From positions 56,017-88,016 of the forward strand of contig JBHLMI010000008.1 of the NCBI GenBank assembly GCA_048938295.1: DNA of 32,000 nt. Direction: 5' to 3'. The notes beneath the pieces are model-generated. The model had not been told where the DNA came from and did not search any database. It saw nothing but the letters and a program-made list of their open reading frames with translations. Below are positions 17,001 to 25,220 of the stretch, one piece after another. This DNA is from Promethearchaeota archaeon. GTDB lineage: Archaea > Asgardarchaeota > Hermodarchaeia > Hermodarchaeales > Hermodarchaeaceae. Made by a program: the position numbers and the translations under genes. Positions within the stretch are counted from its first letter, which is position 1. Every line of letters begins with the position of its first letter.

Positions 17001-17687
17001 TTAATGCTCTTCGTCATCGTTGAAAGTCTCAAGCTGTTCGGGTGTGACGACCAAGATAGTGGTTTGATGATGAACCTCCTTGGTGTGGACTTGCTTTTTG
17101 GAGCGTCGTCGGCTGAAACCCAAACAGCTCACATTACAGACACAAGGAATAACGATGAGGACAATGACACCAATAACAAGAATATATACGAAGAGGCTAC
17201 TGAGTGACTCAACCGGATTTGTCGGAGTTGTTGGAACATTAGTTGACCATTGATAACGTGTGAGGCGGAGGGTAAAGTAGAGAGTGAGAGATCCTGTGTT
17301 GTTAAGGACAAAATACCACTGGCTCTGATGGGGTAGGTCGACGATGGTGTGGAGGCTGTAGTTGACGACAGTAGTGTATTGGCAGTGGCTGGAAGAGCCG
17401 GTATCTAGCCATTGGTTGTAATCGACTTCGTCACAAACAAGGAGTGTGGTGGGGTGTAAGCCAAAACCGCTGATGGTGAAGTTGATGCCCCACCGTTCTG
17501 TAGGCCCACGAGAGGCATTGAAAGTCCATTGGCTATTGCCAAGAAGAGGTTCGAAGTAGCCGATGTAGTCTTGTCCGGTTGCGATCCAATAACCCTCATA
17601 GGCGTCAACGGTAGAGATAGTAAAGATCACGAAAAAGAGTAGTAACAACAGCAGATAGGTGCGCAGATGTTGGGCCCGCATGGGCAT
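17001..17687 (-). CDS. Type I membrane protein: signal peptide, beta-sandwich ectodomain, Thr/Pro stalk, TM helix, Cys-rich/basic tail
   Basis: LLLLLLFFVIFTISTVDA signal, beta-rich LLVCDEVDYNQW...QWYFVLNN, and TM LFVYILVIGVIVLIVIP. GAGGT site before the ATG at 17687; the upstream extension to 17840 is not protein-like. Confidence 0.8.
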   Translation of the reverse strand: MPMRAQHLRTYLLLLLLFFVIFTISTVDAYEGYWIATGQDYIGYFEPLLGNSQWTFNASRGPTERWGINFTISGFGLHPTTLLVCDEVDYNQWLDTGSSSHCQYTTVVNYSLHTIVDLPHQSQWYFVLNNTGSLTLYFTLRLTRYQWSTNVPTTPTNPVESLSSLFVYILVIGVIVLIVIPCVCNVSCLGFSRRRSKKQVHTKEVHHQTTILVVTPEQLETFNDDEEH

Positions 17688-17808
17688 TACCTCTGCATTT
17701 GCCGCGTGATTTGGTCGCTTTTTATTTGTTTCGGTCCAAGCGAGTGGTTCCCCTCGCTCCCCTCTCCTCCATGAACCCCCGTGATGGAATAGATTCTGAA
17801 GTACGTGG

Positions 17809-17916
17809 TTAGTTGTCGCAATCGATGACGGTGTCGTCATCTGGTAGATAGGTTATTCGCCATTTGCGGGGATGCAAATAGGGGCGTTGGGGTTCCACTC
17901 GAATGTCACCGGTCAT
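17809..17916 (-). CDS. Candidate 35-aa small protein (MTGDIRVEPQRPYLHPRKWRITYLPDDDTVIDCDN)
   Basis: Read by hand, below the ORF-track cutoff. GGTGA lies 5 nt before the ATG and a TTTAAG box 41 nt upstream, in an otherwise empty ~250-nt gap. Confidence 0.4.
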   Translation of the reverse strand: MTGDIRVEPQRPYLHPRKWRITYLPDDDTVIDCDN

Positions 17917-18089
17917 GTTGTTCACCAGTAACCCCTCTAATCAGAAGGTGACTTAAATAGTCTGAGAGGGTGGCTGCCAACTAATATTCTCTTGGGATTA
18001 GTTGGAGAACCGTTCATTTCGTTGGGCAAGAGGTTATAAAGTACAGGTTTCAAAGGATGGTATCGGTTGATGTTCATAGGTGTATTCAG

Positions 18090-19178
18090 ATGACAATGAC
18101 TTTAGCTCGTCAAATTATCCGGGATGCTTTGCGAGTGCGTGATCAAGAAAGAGTATGGATTCATTCGTGGGATCACACTTTGGAGTTAGCGCAGGAAGTG
18201 GCGCAGCAAGCATATCTACACGGGGCCTCAGTAACTCTTACTTTAATGACAGAGACTTTGCTTTCGCATATTCTGAAGAAAGCTCCGCAAGAAGCCGTAA
18301 CTACGACACCGGCCCATTGGTTAGCAGGAGTGGGAAAGTCCGATGTGTTGATCGTATTAGATGGTCCCAATGATCCTGCTCCACTTAAAGCTGCAGACAA
18401 AGGGAAGGCGCTTTACGCTTCTGGGCAAATCATCCAGCTTCTCAGCACGGCAGTGTCAAATCGAGTACGGACACTTTTCGTTCGATCAACGGCGTTCACC
18501 GAAGCAGCAGCTAAGGCTTATGGGATTTCACATTCAACCCTAATGCAAGAAAATAACCAATGTATGTCAGCGACCCAGTCAGCCATAATCAATTTGGGAA
18601 ACCGTATCACAGCACTTCTTAGTAAGCACAGAGAGATTCATCTCAGTTCCAGTGAAGGAACAGACCTGCGATTCCGGACCCGTGGTCGCCCACTCATCGA
18701 TGATGGTATTATTGATCAAAATGACTTGCAAACCAAAAATGTCCTAGCCCAGATGCCTGCAGGGTCCGTCTCTATTCCCGTTGACCCGACCAGTGCTGAA
18801 GGCACAGTAGTCTTCAAGTGGCCTCGTGCATACCTTGGCGACACAATTGAAAATCTTCGACTGGATTTCAAGAAAGGGCAAGTCGTTGGCACCAGGGCGC
18901 TAAAAGGTGAAAAGACCATCGAAGAAGCACTACAGGCTGGAAAAGGAACAAAGGACCAACTCACTCGCTTAACCTTTGGCATTAATGAGAAAGCCACAAC
19001 CCACCTTGGACAGCCCCTCGACGATTTGATTCCAGGCTCAATCACACTGGGATTGGGAGCGAATACATTCTTGGGGGGGAGTAGCCACAGCAACATTGCT
19101 TATAGTCATACCCTTAACGATGCCATTGTGAGCATTGGGCCTACAGCTATTATCATGGACGAAAAACTCACGATTTAA
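18090..19178 (+). CDS. M29 (AmpS/thermophilic aminopeptidase) fold protein, apparently lacking metal ligands
   Basis: Overall M29 layout (SSSEGTDLRF, MPAGSV, F.KGQVV, FGIN, LGLGAN). TTATAAA at 18034-18040 and AGGTG before the ATG at 18090. Confidence 0.8.
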   Translation: MTMTLARQIIRDALRVRDQERVWIHSWDHTLELAQEVAQQAYLHGASVTLTLMTETLLSHILKKAPQEAVTTTPAHWLAGVGKSDVLIVLDGPNDPAPLKAADKGKALYASGQIIQLLSTAVSNRVRTLFVRSTAFTEAAAKAYGISHSTLMQENNQCMSATQSAIINLGNRITALLSKHREIHLSSSEGTDLRFRTRGRPLIDDGIIDQNDLQTKNVLAQMPAGSVSIPVDPTSAEGTVVFKWPRAYLGDTIENLRLDFKKGQVVGTRALKGEKTIEEALQAGKGTKDQLTRLTFGINEKATTHLGQPLDDLIPGSITLGLGANTFLGGSSHSNIAYSHTLNDAIVSIGPTAIIMDEKLTI

Positions 19179-19192
19179 CACCAAAACAGCAC

Positions 19193-19549
19193 TCACGATG
19201 AGCTGGTTTCATCAATAAGAATAAGGATAGCCCCAATCACAAGAAGTAATCCAGCAATCCCCCACGCACCAATAGCTACAATAATACCCAAACCTACCAA
19301 ATACAAAGCAGCGCGCATGGGATCTACTTGAAACCACTGAGGAAATCTATTGAGAATAAAATAGCAGATGCCTAGTGCGAAGATGCTGATAATCAGCATC
19401 AGTATCTCATAGACATTCACTGCAAGATATGGTGGACCAATCCCTAACAACACAGTATAACCCCAATATAAGCTCGAAAGAAGACCCAACACCAATCCCA
19501 GAATCGCGCCAACGCGAACAAGATACCCCGCGGTCTCAATCAATTCCAT
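19193..19549 (-). CDS. Four-TM membrane protein (tandem paralog of the next gene)
   Basis: Hydrophobic helices; C-terminal GAWGIAGLLLVIGAILILIDE. Confidence 0.75.
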   Translation of the reverse strand: MELIETAGYLVRVGAILGLVLGLLSSLYWGYTVLLGIGPPYLAVNVYEILMLIISIFALGICYFILNRFPQWFQVDPMRAALYLVGLGIIVAIGAWGIAGLLLVIGAILILIDETSSS

Positions 19550-19614
19550 CGATATCACATGTTTGATATTTTCTATTCCTATTCGTTATGGCTTGGTTAA
19601 TAGGGTTTACGAAG

Positions 19615-19649
19615 AAAAAAGGAGAGGAGACTAGCGAATAGATCGCTAG
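19615..19649 (-). terminator. Possible terminator: 7-bp hairpin followed by a pyrimidine/T tract
   Basis: CTAGCGA/TCGCTAG at 19631-19649, then TCTCCTCTCC-TTTTTT on the minus strand, shortly after the stop at 19678. Confidence 0.35.
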
Positions 19650-19677
19650 CTCCACGATTAATCGCTTTCGCTGGATT

Positions 19678-20025
19678 TCAAGCCTTTACGTTTTCTTTGT
19701 CCAGAACCACAAGGATTCCAGCAATGAAAATGAGAATTCCTCCAACGGCAGCCCAAGAAAGGATACCTAAGATAATGAGAGGGATCCAGGTTGCATGGTA
19801 GTCAGTTTCAAGCATGGGTACATATCTTCGCCAGACCAAAAAGGCACAGATTAAGGCAATGATATCCAGAATGATGTAGATCGTAGCACTTGGAAGGATG
19901 AAAATCGCCCATATTCCAGCCAGCATAATAGATACGCCTTGGAAGAGAATCGAAACTATCGCTAAGATCATAGCGATGATTGCACCCCAAAAGCTCAATA
20001 GACGGACATATTGTTCATAAGCCAA
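19678..20025 (-). CDS. Four-TM membrane protein (tandem paralog of the previous gene)
   Basis: C-terminal SWAAVGGILIFIAGILVVLDKE. GGAGG site before the TTG at 20025. Confidence 0.75.
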   Translation of the reverse strand: MAYEQYVRLLSFWGAIIAMILAIVSILFQGVSIMLAGIWAIFILPSATIYIILDIIALICAFLVWRRYVPMLETDYHATWIPLIILGILSWAAVGGILIFIAGILVVLDKENVKA

Positions 20026-20202
20026 AATATACCATCCTCCATAACGAGGTGACAACTCTTGTATTGTATCCTTAGAAAAGGTTTTCGTGTCAGAAAAAAA
20101 AGCCCATAAATTGTCTTCCTAAGCGAAAGCAAACAAATCCGTTACCAAAATAAATTTAACATTTCACAGTGCGACTGAAGTGACAAATAGGTGAAAAAAG
20201 CA

Positions 20203-20583
20203 ATGCCTAATGCTGTCCGATACTATCGTCCACCTAGACGCATCCCACGGGAAGAAGGTGATGATTACCCGTCTCGTTCCCGTATTCGAGACCTTATCTT
20301 GATCTTAGTTGGGTTAATCATTCTCATTGGCATCCTCTTCGGACTGAGTTATCTTTTTCAATTATGGGGACTTTACACCATTTCCCTTGCCCTGCAATTA
20401 TTCACCATCATCATAGTCTACGTTTGTGTTGGTGTTGGGTTTGCGGTAGGTCTAACCTATTTTGTTATGCAATCTTTTCTTAAACGTGAATTTAGAAAAC
20501 GCTTCGAACGGATGGATCAAGCCTATTACGAGCAATATCGCAAACGAATGGGACTTGACAACCCCGACAACGAGGAGAAGTAA
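20203..20583 (+). CDS. Two-TM membrane protein with basic/charged termini
   Basis: Two long hydrophobic helices; GGTGA before the ATG at 20203. Confidence 0.7.
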   Translation: MPNAVRYYRPPRRIPREEGDDYPSRSRIRDLILILVGLIILIGILFGLSYLFQLWGLYTISLALQLFTIIIVYVCVGVGFAVGLTYFVMQSFLKREFRKRFERMDQAYYEQYRKRMGLDNPDNEEK

Positions 20584-20686
20584 CCACCAGACTAATCCTA
20601 ATTTGCCTCCATCTTCTGAGGTTAGTTACATCGAGTAAGCGGCATTTAAGAGTAAGATGTACGAAAGCATACAAAGGTGCAGGTTT

Positions 20687-21178
20687 ATGGGAGGCGCAAA
20701 CGATCTGTTTCAACGTGCAGTCATTGCCTTAAGTGATGAAGATTATGACCGAGCTGAAAAACTCACTAAAGAGCTCCTAGAACTCGAACCCAAAAACACA
20801 GATGGTTGGAACCTGCTAGCCAACATATACCAGCATAAAAAGCAGCTCGACGAGGCTATTCAGGCGGCGAGTAAAGCCACCAGCCTCGACCCTGAGAATC
20901 TCCAAAACTGGAACAACCTTGGATACCTCTACCTACTCCAAGGTAACTGGAGTGAAGGCGAACGCTGCTATGCAAAAGCCATCACCCTTCCAGATCCCAC
21001 GCCAACGATTTTTCTCAACTATGCCTGGGCTCTCATCGAACTCGGAAAAGCAAAAGAAGCCGAACAACAACTCCGCAAGGCCTTAGACCGATCCCTCGAG
21101 GACACACTCTATGACGATATCGAAACAAATGACCACTATACCAAATTACGACCCATCTTCAAACAAATACGAAAGTAG
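20687..21178 (+). CDS. Tetratricopeptide repeat protein
   Basis: About four TPR units (WNLLANIY...A, WNNLGYLY, FLNYAWAL). GGCATTTAAG at 20641-20650 and AAGGTG before the ATG at 20687. Confidence 0.88.
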   Translation: MGGANDLFQRAVIALSDEDYDRAEKLTKELLELEPKNTDGWNLLANIYQHKKQLDEAIQAASKATSLDPENLQNWNNLGYLYLLQGNWSEGERCYAKAITLPDPTPTIFLNYAWALIELGKAKEAEQQLRKALDRSLEDTLYDDIETNDHYTKLRPIFKQIRK

Positions 21179-21190
21179 CTCAAGAGTCCA

Positions 21191-21634
21191 TCATGGCTCT
21201 TCCTTTATCTTGAAAAAGCTCCCCGAGGTTACAGTCTGCCCTACCCCACGAATCTGACGCAACTGATTAACCACAAGCTCACCAATCTCCTGAAGTGACC
21301 CACCCCGTGCTTTTAAAATGATATCCCATTGCCCTGCAACCACGTGCACTTCAACAACGTTTTTCAGCTTAGCAATGGCGCGAGCTACATCCTGTTGTGA
21401 GAGCCCGTCTACTGGATTATAGGTTACCAATACAAAGGCTGTAACTGGCAATCCAATCTGTGGATAATCAGGAATCGCGACAATCCGCGAAATGATCTTG
21501 TTTGATTTCATTCGGTCAATCCGATGTTGAACCGTTGAGCGTGGCAATCGTAATTTTCTGGCAATAGTTAATACCGTTTGACTTGCATCCAGCTGCAGCT
21601 CCTCGAGAATTCGCCAATCTTTTTTGTCAATCAT
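21191..21634 (-). CDS. Lrp/AsnC family transcriptional regulator
   Basis: IDKKDWRILEELQLDA...IARKLRLPRSTVQHRIDRM HTH, plus VHVVAGQWDII RAM domain. It is divergent from asnA; an alternative start is at 21643. Confidence 0.93.
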   Translation of the reverse strand: MIDKKDWRILEELQLDASQTVLTIARKLRLPRSTVQHRIDRMKSNKIISRIVAIPDYPQIGLPVTAFVLVTYNPVDGLSQQDVARAIAKLKNVVEVHVVAGQWDIILKARGGSLQEIGELVVNQLRQIRGVGQTVTSGSFFKIKEEP

Positions 21635-21636
21635 AA

Positions 21637-21712
21637 TTAGCATAATGCCAATAATAGCATATAATTCTTGCTATAGATGAGCAAATTACCATTGCCATTA
21701 GCAAAAAGCTAA
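21637..21712. promoter_or_regulatory. Candidate Lrp operator array (TTAGC-W5-GCTAA-like boxes)
   Basis: TTAGCATAATGCCAA (21637-51), TGAGCAAATTACCAT (21678-92, weak) and TTAGCAAAAAGCTAA (21698-712). Confidence 0.5.
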
Positions 21713-21750
21713 TAACAATTGACTAACCTAAAGGCGCTGGGTGCGTTCGA

Positions 21751-22767
21751 ATGGAAATGGAATCAACCCCACATCGTCAGCTCTCAAGCGAAGTAACCAC
21801 AGACATGGGACGTGGTGTTCGATTCCGCTACCGGTCCATCCGATCCGCACGAGCCCAAGCCATCCTTACCATTCAACATGAGATTTCTCGGGCGTGCCGA
21901 CACGTCTTGGACAGTAAAGGATTCTTGGAAGTCCTAGCCCCAATCATTGGCCCAGTGACAGACCCAGGCATCCGAGGCGCAGGAACGATCGAAGTGCCAT
22001 TCTATGGTGAGATCTATGTGCTGATGACCAGCATGATCTTATATAAACAGATGACAGTGGCGAGTTTCCCCCGTATATACGCTTTCTCCCCCAACATCCG
22101 ACTTGAAGCATCAGCCAGCTCCACAACCGGAAGACACCTGGCTGAGTTTTATCAACTCGACTTAGAAGTGGCACACGGCTCCTGCGAAGATCTGATGACG
22201 CTGGGAGACACATTGATGTTCAAGGTCATCCACACTGTCCGAAACAAGTGCAAAAAGCAATTGACCGCACTTGGACGCACCCTTCATTTACCACCTCGAA
22301 AGCTACCACGTATCACATTTGCTGAAGCCATTGAACTCCTCCGAAGCGACGGCTTTACGCTAGATCCCAATGAAGAAATTTCATGGGAAGCCGAGTGTCA
22401 CCTATCAAATCATTTTGGTACACCCTTCTGGGTCACTGACTATCCCGCCACATCCCGAGGGTTCTATTATCTAAGGGATGCTGACCATCCTAAACTCGTC
22501 CGATCCATGGATTTGGTGTTACCCGAAGGGTATGGTGAACTCTCAAGTGGAGGGGAGCGGGAACACACTATAGAGGGGGTAGTGCAGCGGATGCGAGAAA
22601 CAGGCGAGGATCCTAAGAAGTATGGCTGGTATATGGATATGTTAAGGGAGGGAATTCCCCCTTCAGCTGGCTTTGGTATTGGAATGGAGCGATTAACCCG
22701 ATATATCGCAGGTGTTCCCCACATCTGGGAATGCTCACCCTTTCCGAAGGTGCCCGGTGTAAGCTAG
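21751..22767 (+). CDS. asnA: Archaeal asparagine synthetase A (AsnRS-like catalytic domain without anticodon-binding domain)
   Basis: LMTSMILYKQ, SPNIRLE, RHLAEFYQLDLE, ELSSGGERE and PSAGFGIGMERL. At 338 aa it has no N-terminal OB fold. Confidence 0.88.
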   Translation: MEMESTPHRQLSSEVTTDMGRGVRFRYRSIRSARAQAILTIQHEISRACRHVLDSKGFLEVLAPIIGPVTDPGIRGAGTIEVPFYGEIYVLMTSMILYKQMTVASFPRIYAFSPNIRLEASASSTTGRHLAEFYQLDLEVAHGSCEDLMTLGDTLMFKVIHTVRNKCKKQLTALGRTLHLPPRKLPRITFAEAIELLRSDGFTLDPNEEISWEAECHLSNHFGTPFWVTDYPATSRGFYYLRDADHPKLVRSMDLVLPEGYGELSSGGEREHTIEGVVQRMRETGEDPKKYGWYMDMLREGIPPSAGFGIGMERLTRYIAGVPHIWECSPFPKVPGVS

Positions 22768-23288
22768 ACTTGCGTAAATTGTGGTTTAATCAAGGAGTAG
22801 GGAGCGATGCGTTGACCACAGTGAGGACACTTCCTTTTCGATTCAACCCACAATCTCATTTCATTGGAATGGCCAGCAGTATTGCAGCGAGGGCAGGCGA
22901 GTAATGCTTGCCCCCCAGCAATGAAGCGTTGACAGATGGGGCACCGTTCTCTAGGCTCACCGCACGTTGGACAAGCGGACTCAGTTTCCTCTTCAATTAC
23001 AGCACTACAATGCAAACACAATCCACCGATAGGGCTTGACTCAGGATCAAGAATCTGAGAGGGTGTATCCTGTGATCTAGTAGTTGGAAAGCTAGACCGC
23101 CGTTGGAATGGACGGTATCGTGTCCCTCGTGATGTAGTCTGGGAACTAGATAATCCTGAAATAACTCTGCAGAGCCCACAAATGATGAGAAATACCATTA
23201 CTAAAACTATAATGCTAAAGACTAACAACCCAAATGGATTGATGGGAAATGCCTGCAAAATATGGCGTAACCTCCACTCCGCTTTCAT
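22764..23288 (-). CDS. Membrane-anchored zinc ribbon plus RING-like protein
   Basis: N-terminal TM helix; CLHC-x11-CPTC; CPIC-x12-CPRC-x4-H-x2-E-x3-W-x6-CPHC. The start may be the TTG at 23258. Confidence 0.72.
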   Translation of the reverse strand: MKAEWRLRHILQAFPINPFGLLVFSIIVLVMVFLIICGLCRVISGLSSSQTTSRGTRYRPFQRRSSFPTTRSQDTPSQILDPESSPIGGLCLHCSAVIEEETESACPTCGEPRERCPICQRFIAGGQALLACPRCNTAGHSNEMRLWVESKRKCPHCGQRIAPYSLIKPQFTQV

Positions 23289-23400
23289 TGGGTGAAAACA
23301 AGAATAAAAGGCTTTTACCAGAAAACACTCCTAAGTAAACCTCAGCATAACAAAAAAGAACAATCATCCACCAGTAAGCAAAGATATGGAGAATGATTTC

Positions 23401-24039
23401 ATGAAAATACAAATCCTGTCACACACAGAGAATCCAGATATGCTTTGTGCCAAGATTGGCCGTTATTCCAACGTGCCTGAAACCTGGGATGAATTGGATC
23501 GCAAGATTCCAAGTGGCGGATGGGAGAAATTCCTCCAAAAAGTCATCAAGATGGGACACACCTCGGTCCTCGAACACGCCGTCTTCACCTTTGAAATCAC
23601 TGGCGTATCTCGCGTCTTCACCCATCAATTCGTCCGCCACCGAATTGCCTCCTATTTACAGAAATCGTTCAGAAGAACCAAAATCAAGAATCTCATCCTG
23701 CCCCCCTCAGTCATAGAGAATACGGAAGACCCAGCGAAGCTTCAGCAGGCTGCTGAAAGCCTATACCGCGAGTACTACCGACGCGGTGTGCCGATGGAAG
23801 ACGCCCGATACCTTGCCCCTATGGGATCCGAAACAGCGATTATAGCCACCTTCAATGCCCGTACCCTGTTGGAATCCTTCTTTCCCCTTCGTTTACACCA
23901 TACCGCCCAATTTGAAATTCGTGCTATAGCCAATGAAATGCTGCGTCAAGTCAAAGAAGTCGCTCCCATCATCTTCCAAGAATTGGAAGTCGATAAAGGC
24001 GTGCTGGAAAAATACAAGAAAAGTTTTGCACGTTTCTGA
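23401..24039 (+). CDS. thyX: FAD-dependent thymidylate synthase
   Basis: GHTSVLEH, VSRVFTHQFVRHRIASYLQKS (RHRx7S), EDARYLAP and AQFEIR. Confidence 0.92.
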   Translation: MKIQILSHTENPDMLCAKIGRYSNVPETWDELDRKIPSGGWEKFLQKVIKMGHTSVLEHAVFTFEITGVSRVFTHQFVRHRIASYLQKSFRRTKIKNLILPPSVIENTEDPAKLQQAAESLYREYYRRGVPMEDARYLAPMGSETAIIATFNARTLLESFFPLRLHHTAQFEIRAIANEMLRQVKEVAPIIFQELEVDKGVLEKYKKSFARF

Positions 24040-24094
24040 GACAAGCTGAATTAATGGTAAAAGAAAAGAAGGAAAGATCAAACACCCATTTTAG

Positions 24095-24379
24095 CTATTT
24101 CTTTTTCGGTGTTGACCCTTCGTCTTCGTCTTCGTCCTCGAAGAAATCTACTCTCCGAAGACTGATCTCATCACGGTGTTGGCTAGCAGCCATGAGGAAA
24201 TATTCGCCGCCTTCAAGTTCCATCATCTCGCGTATCTGCTTCGGGATAACGACATGATAGGAGGAGCCATCCGGTCGCATGTATCCTTTCACAATTACAC
24301 GAACCCGTTTATGCATGATTTTATGCTTTCTAAATGGGTGGGGTCGCTCAGGGGATTCAGGTATTTTATCGTCAAACAT
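24095..24379 (-). CDS. AbrB/MazE/SpoVT-family DNA-binding protein with an acidic tail
   Basis: SSYHVVIPKQIREMMELEGGE swapped-hairpin motif. GAGGTGA site before the ATG at 24379. Confidence 0.78.
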   Translation of the reverse strand: MFDDKIPESPERPHPFRKHKIMHKRVRVIVKGYMRPDGSSYHVVIPKQIREMMELEGGEYFLMAASQHRDEISLRRVDFFEDEDEDEGSTPKKK

Positions 24380-24396
24380 TTTTTCTATCACCTCCG

Positions 24397-24419
24397 TATA
24401 CTGATTATACTGAGTATAA
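24397..24419. promoter_or_regulatory. Candidate operator: palindrome TTATACT-G-AGTATAA with tandem TATACTGA repeats
   Basis: The palindrome is at 24405-24419, with TATACTGA at 24397 and 24406. It lies between the divergent AbrB-like and flavodoxin genes. Confidence 0.45.
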
Positions 24420-24519
24420 CTCGTAGCAAGAGTATACCCAGTAGTATTTAAAGATTCCGCCGAACAATACAAAATTAGAAAAATCAGTAGGCAAACCCAT
24501 TCCCCTAGGAGGAAGGCTA

Positions 24520-25014
24520 TTGAAGGTCCTCTTCACGTATCGAACACTAACCGGAAACACAAAGAAAGTCATCGATGCAATGCATGATGAAATCCAAGTT
24601 GAAAAGGAACTAAAACCCTGGTCTGAAACCGAATCCCTAGAAGGATACGATTTGATCTTCGTCGGATTTCCAATCGAGCAAATGGGCCCTGGACCCGCTG
24701 CTAAAGAATGGCTCGCAAAGAATGTTGAGGGAAGACGAATTGCAATAGTCATCACCCACGGCTCACCCGAGGACACTGTGCCCCTACAGGGATGGTTGCA
24801 ACAATGCCGAGATGCAGCAAAAGGTGCTGAAATCGTTGGATTCTTTCACTGTCGAGGTGACATGAGCGAGGCCCTCATTGAGGGCATGATTCAATCAGGT
24901 AATCCACAGTTCGTTGAGTGGGGACAACGAGCCAAGGAAGCACCACGCGGATTCCCAGATGCCAATGCGCTGAAACGAGCACGCGAATTTGCAAACGATG
25001 TCATCAACCAATAG
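24520..25014 (+). CDS. Flavodoxin-like protein
   Basis: YRTLTGNTKKV FMN loop, YDLIFVGFP and FFHCRG; TTG start. Confidence 0.88.
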   Translation: MKVLFTYRTLTGNTKKVIDAMHDEIQVEKELKPWSETESLEGYDLIFVGFPIEQMGPGPAAKEWLAKNVEGRRIAIVITHGSPEDTVPLQGWLQQCRDAAKGAEIVGFFHCRGDMSEALIEGMIQSGNPQFVEWGQRAKEAPRGFPDANALKRAREFANDVINQ

Positions 25015-25220
25015 ACCAGGTTGAATCATTCAAGAGTCTAATTTCGGATGAACGTTCATATAAGAAACCCAATCTTAAGAAGGGTGATTACAAAAGGGAT
25101 AATCAACTTGGTCCACAGAGTGTAGCATCGAAGGGAACGAGAAGAAGAGATAACTGACAAGATAAGTGTTTGTGAAGCTGAACACCAAAAGCACTAGCCC
25201 TGTGCGAGAAATAGTAGTCA

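Noticed and set aside
23401-24039. ThyX motif variant SFRR instead of SxRY as a sign of inactivation
   Set aside because: The catalytic Ser, the following Arg and the RHR motif are intact; a single substitution is not enough evidence.
25015-25220. Palindromes TTGAAT-C-ATTCAA (25021) and ATGAACGTTCAT (25048), plus the 79-aa ORF 24918-25157
   Set aside because: They lie between convergent genes with no convincing start or ORF downstream. The ORF overlaps the flavodoxin and lacks motifs; terminator or chance.
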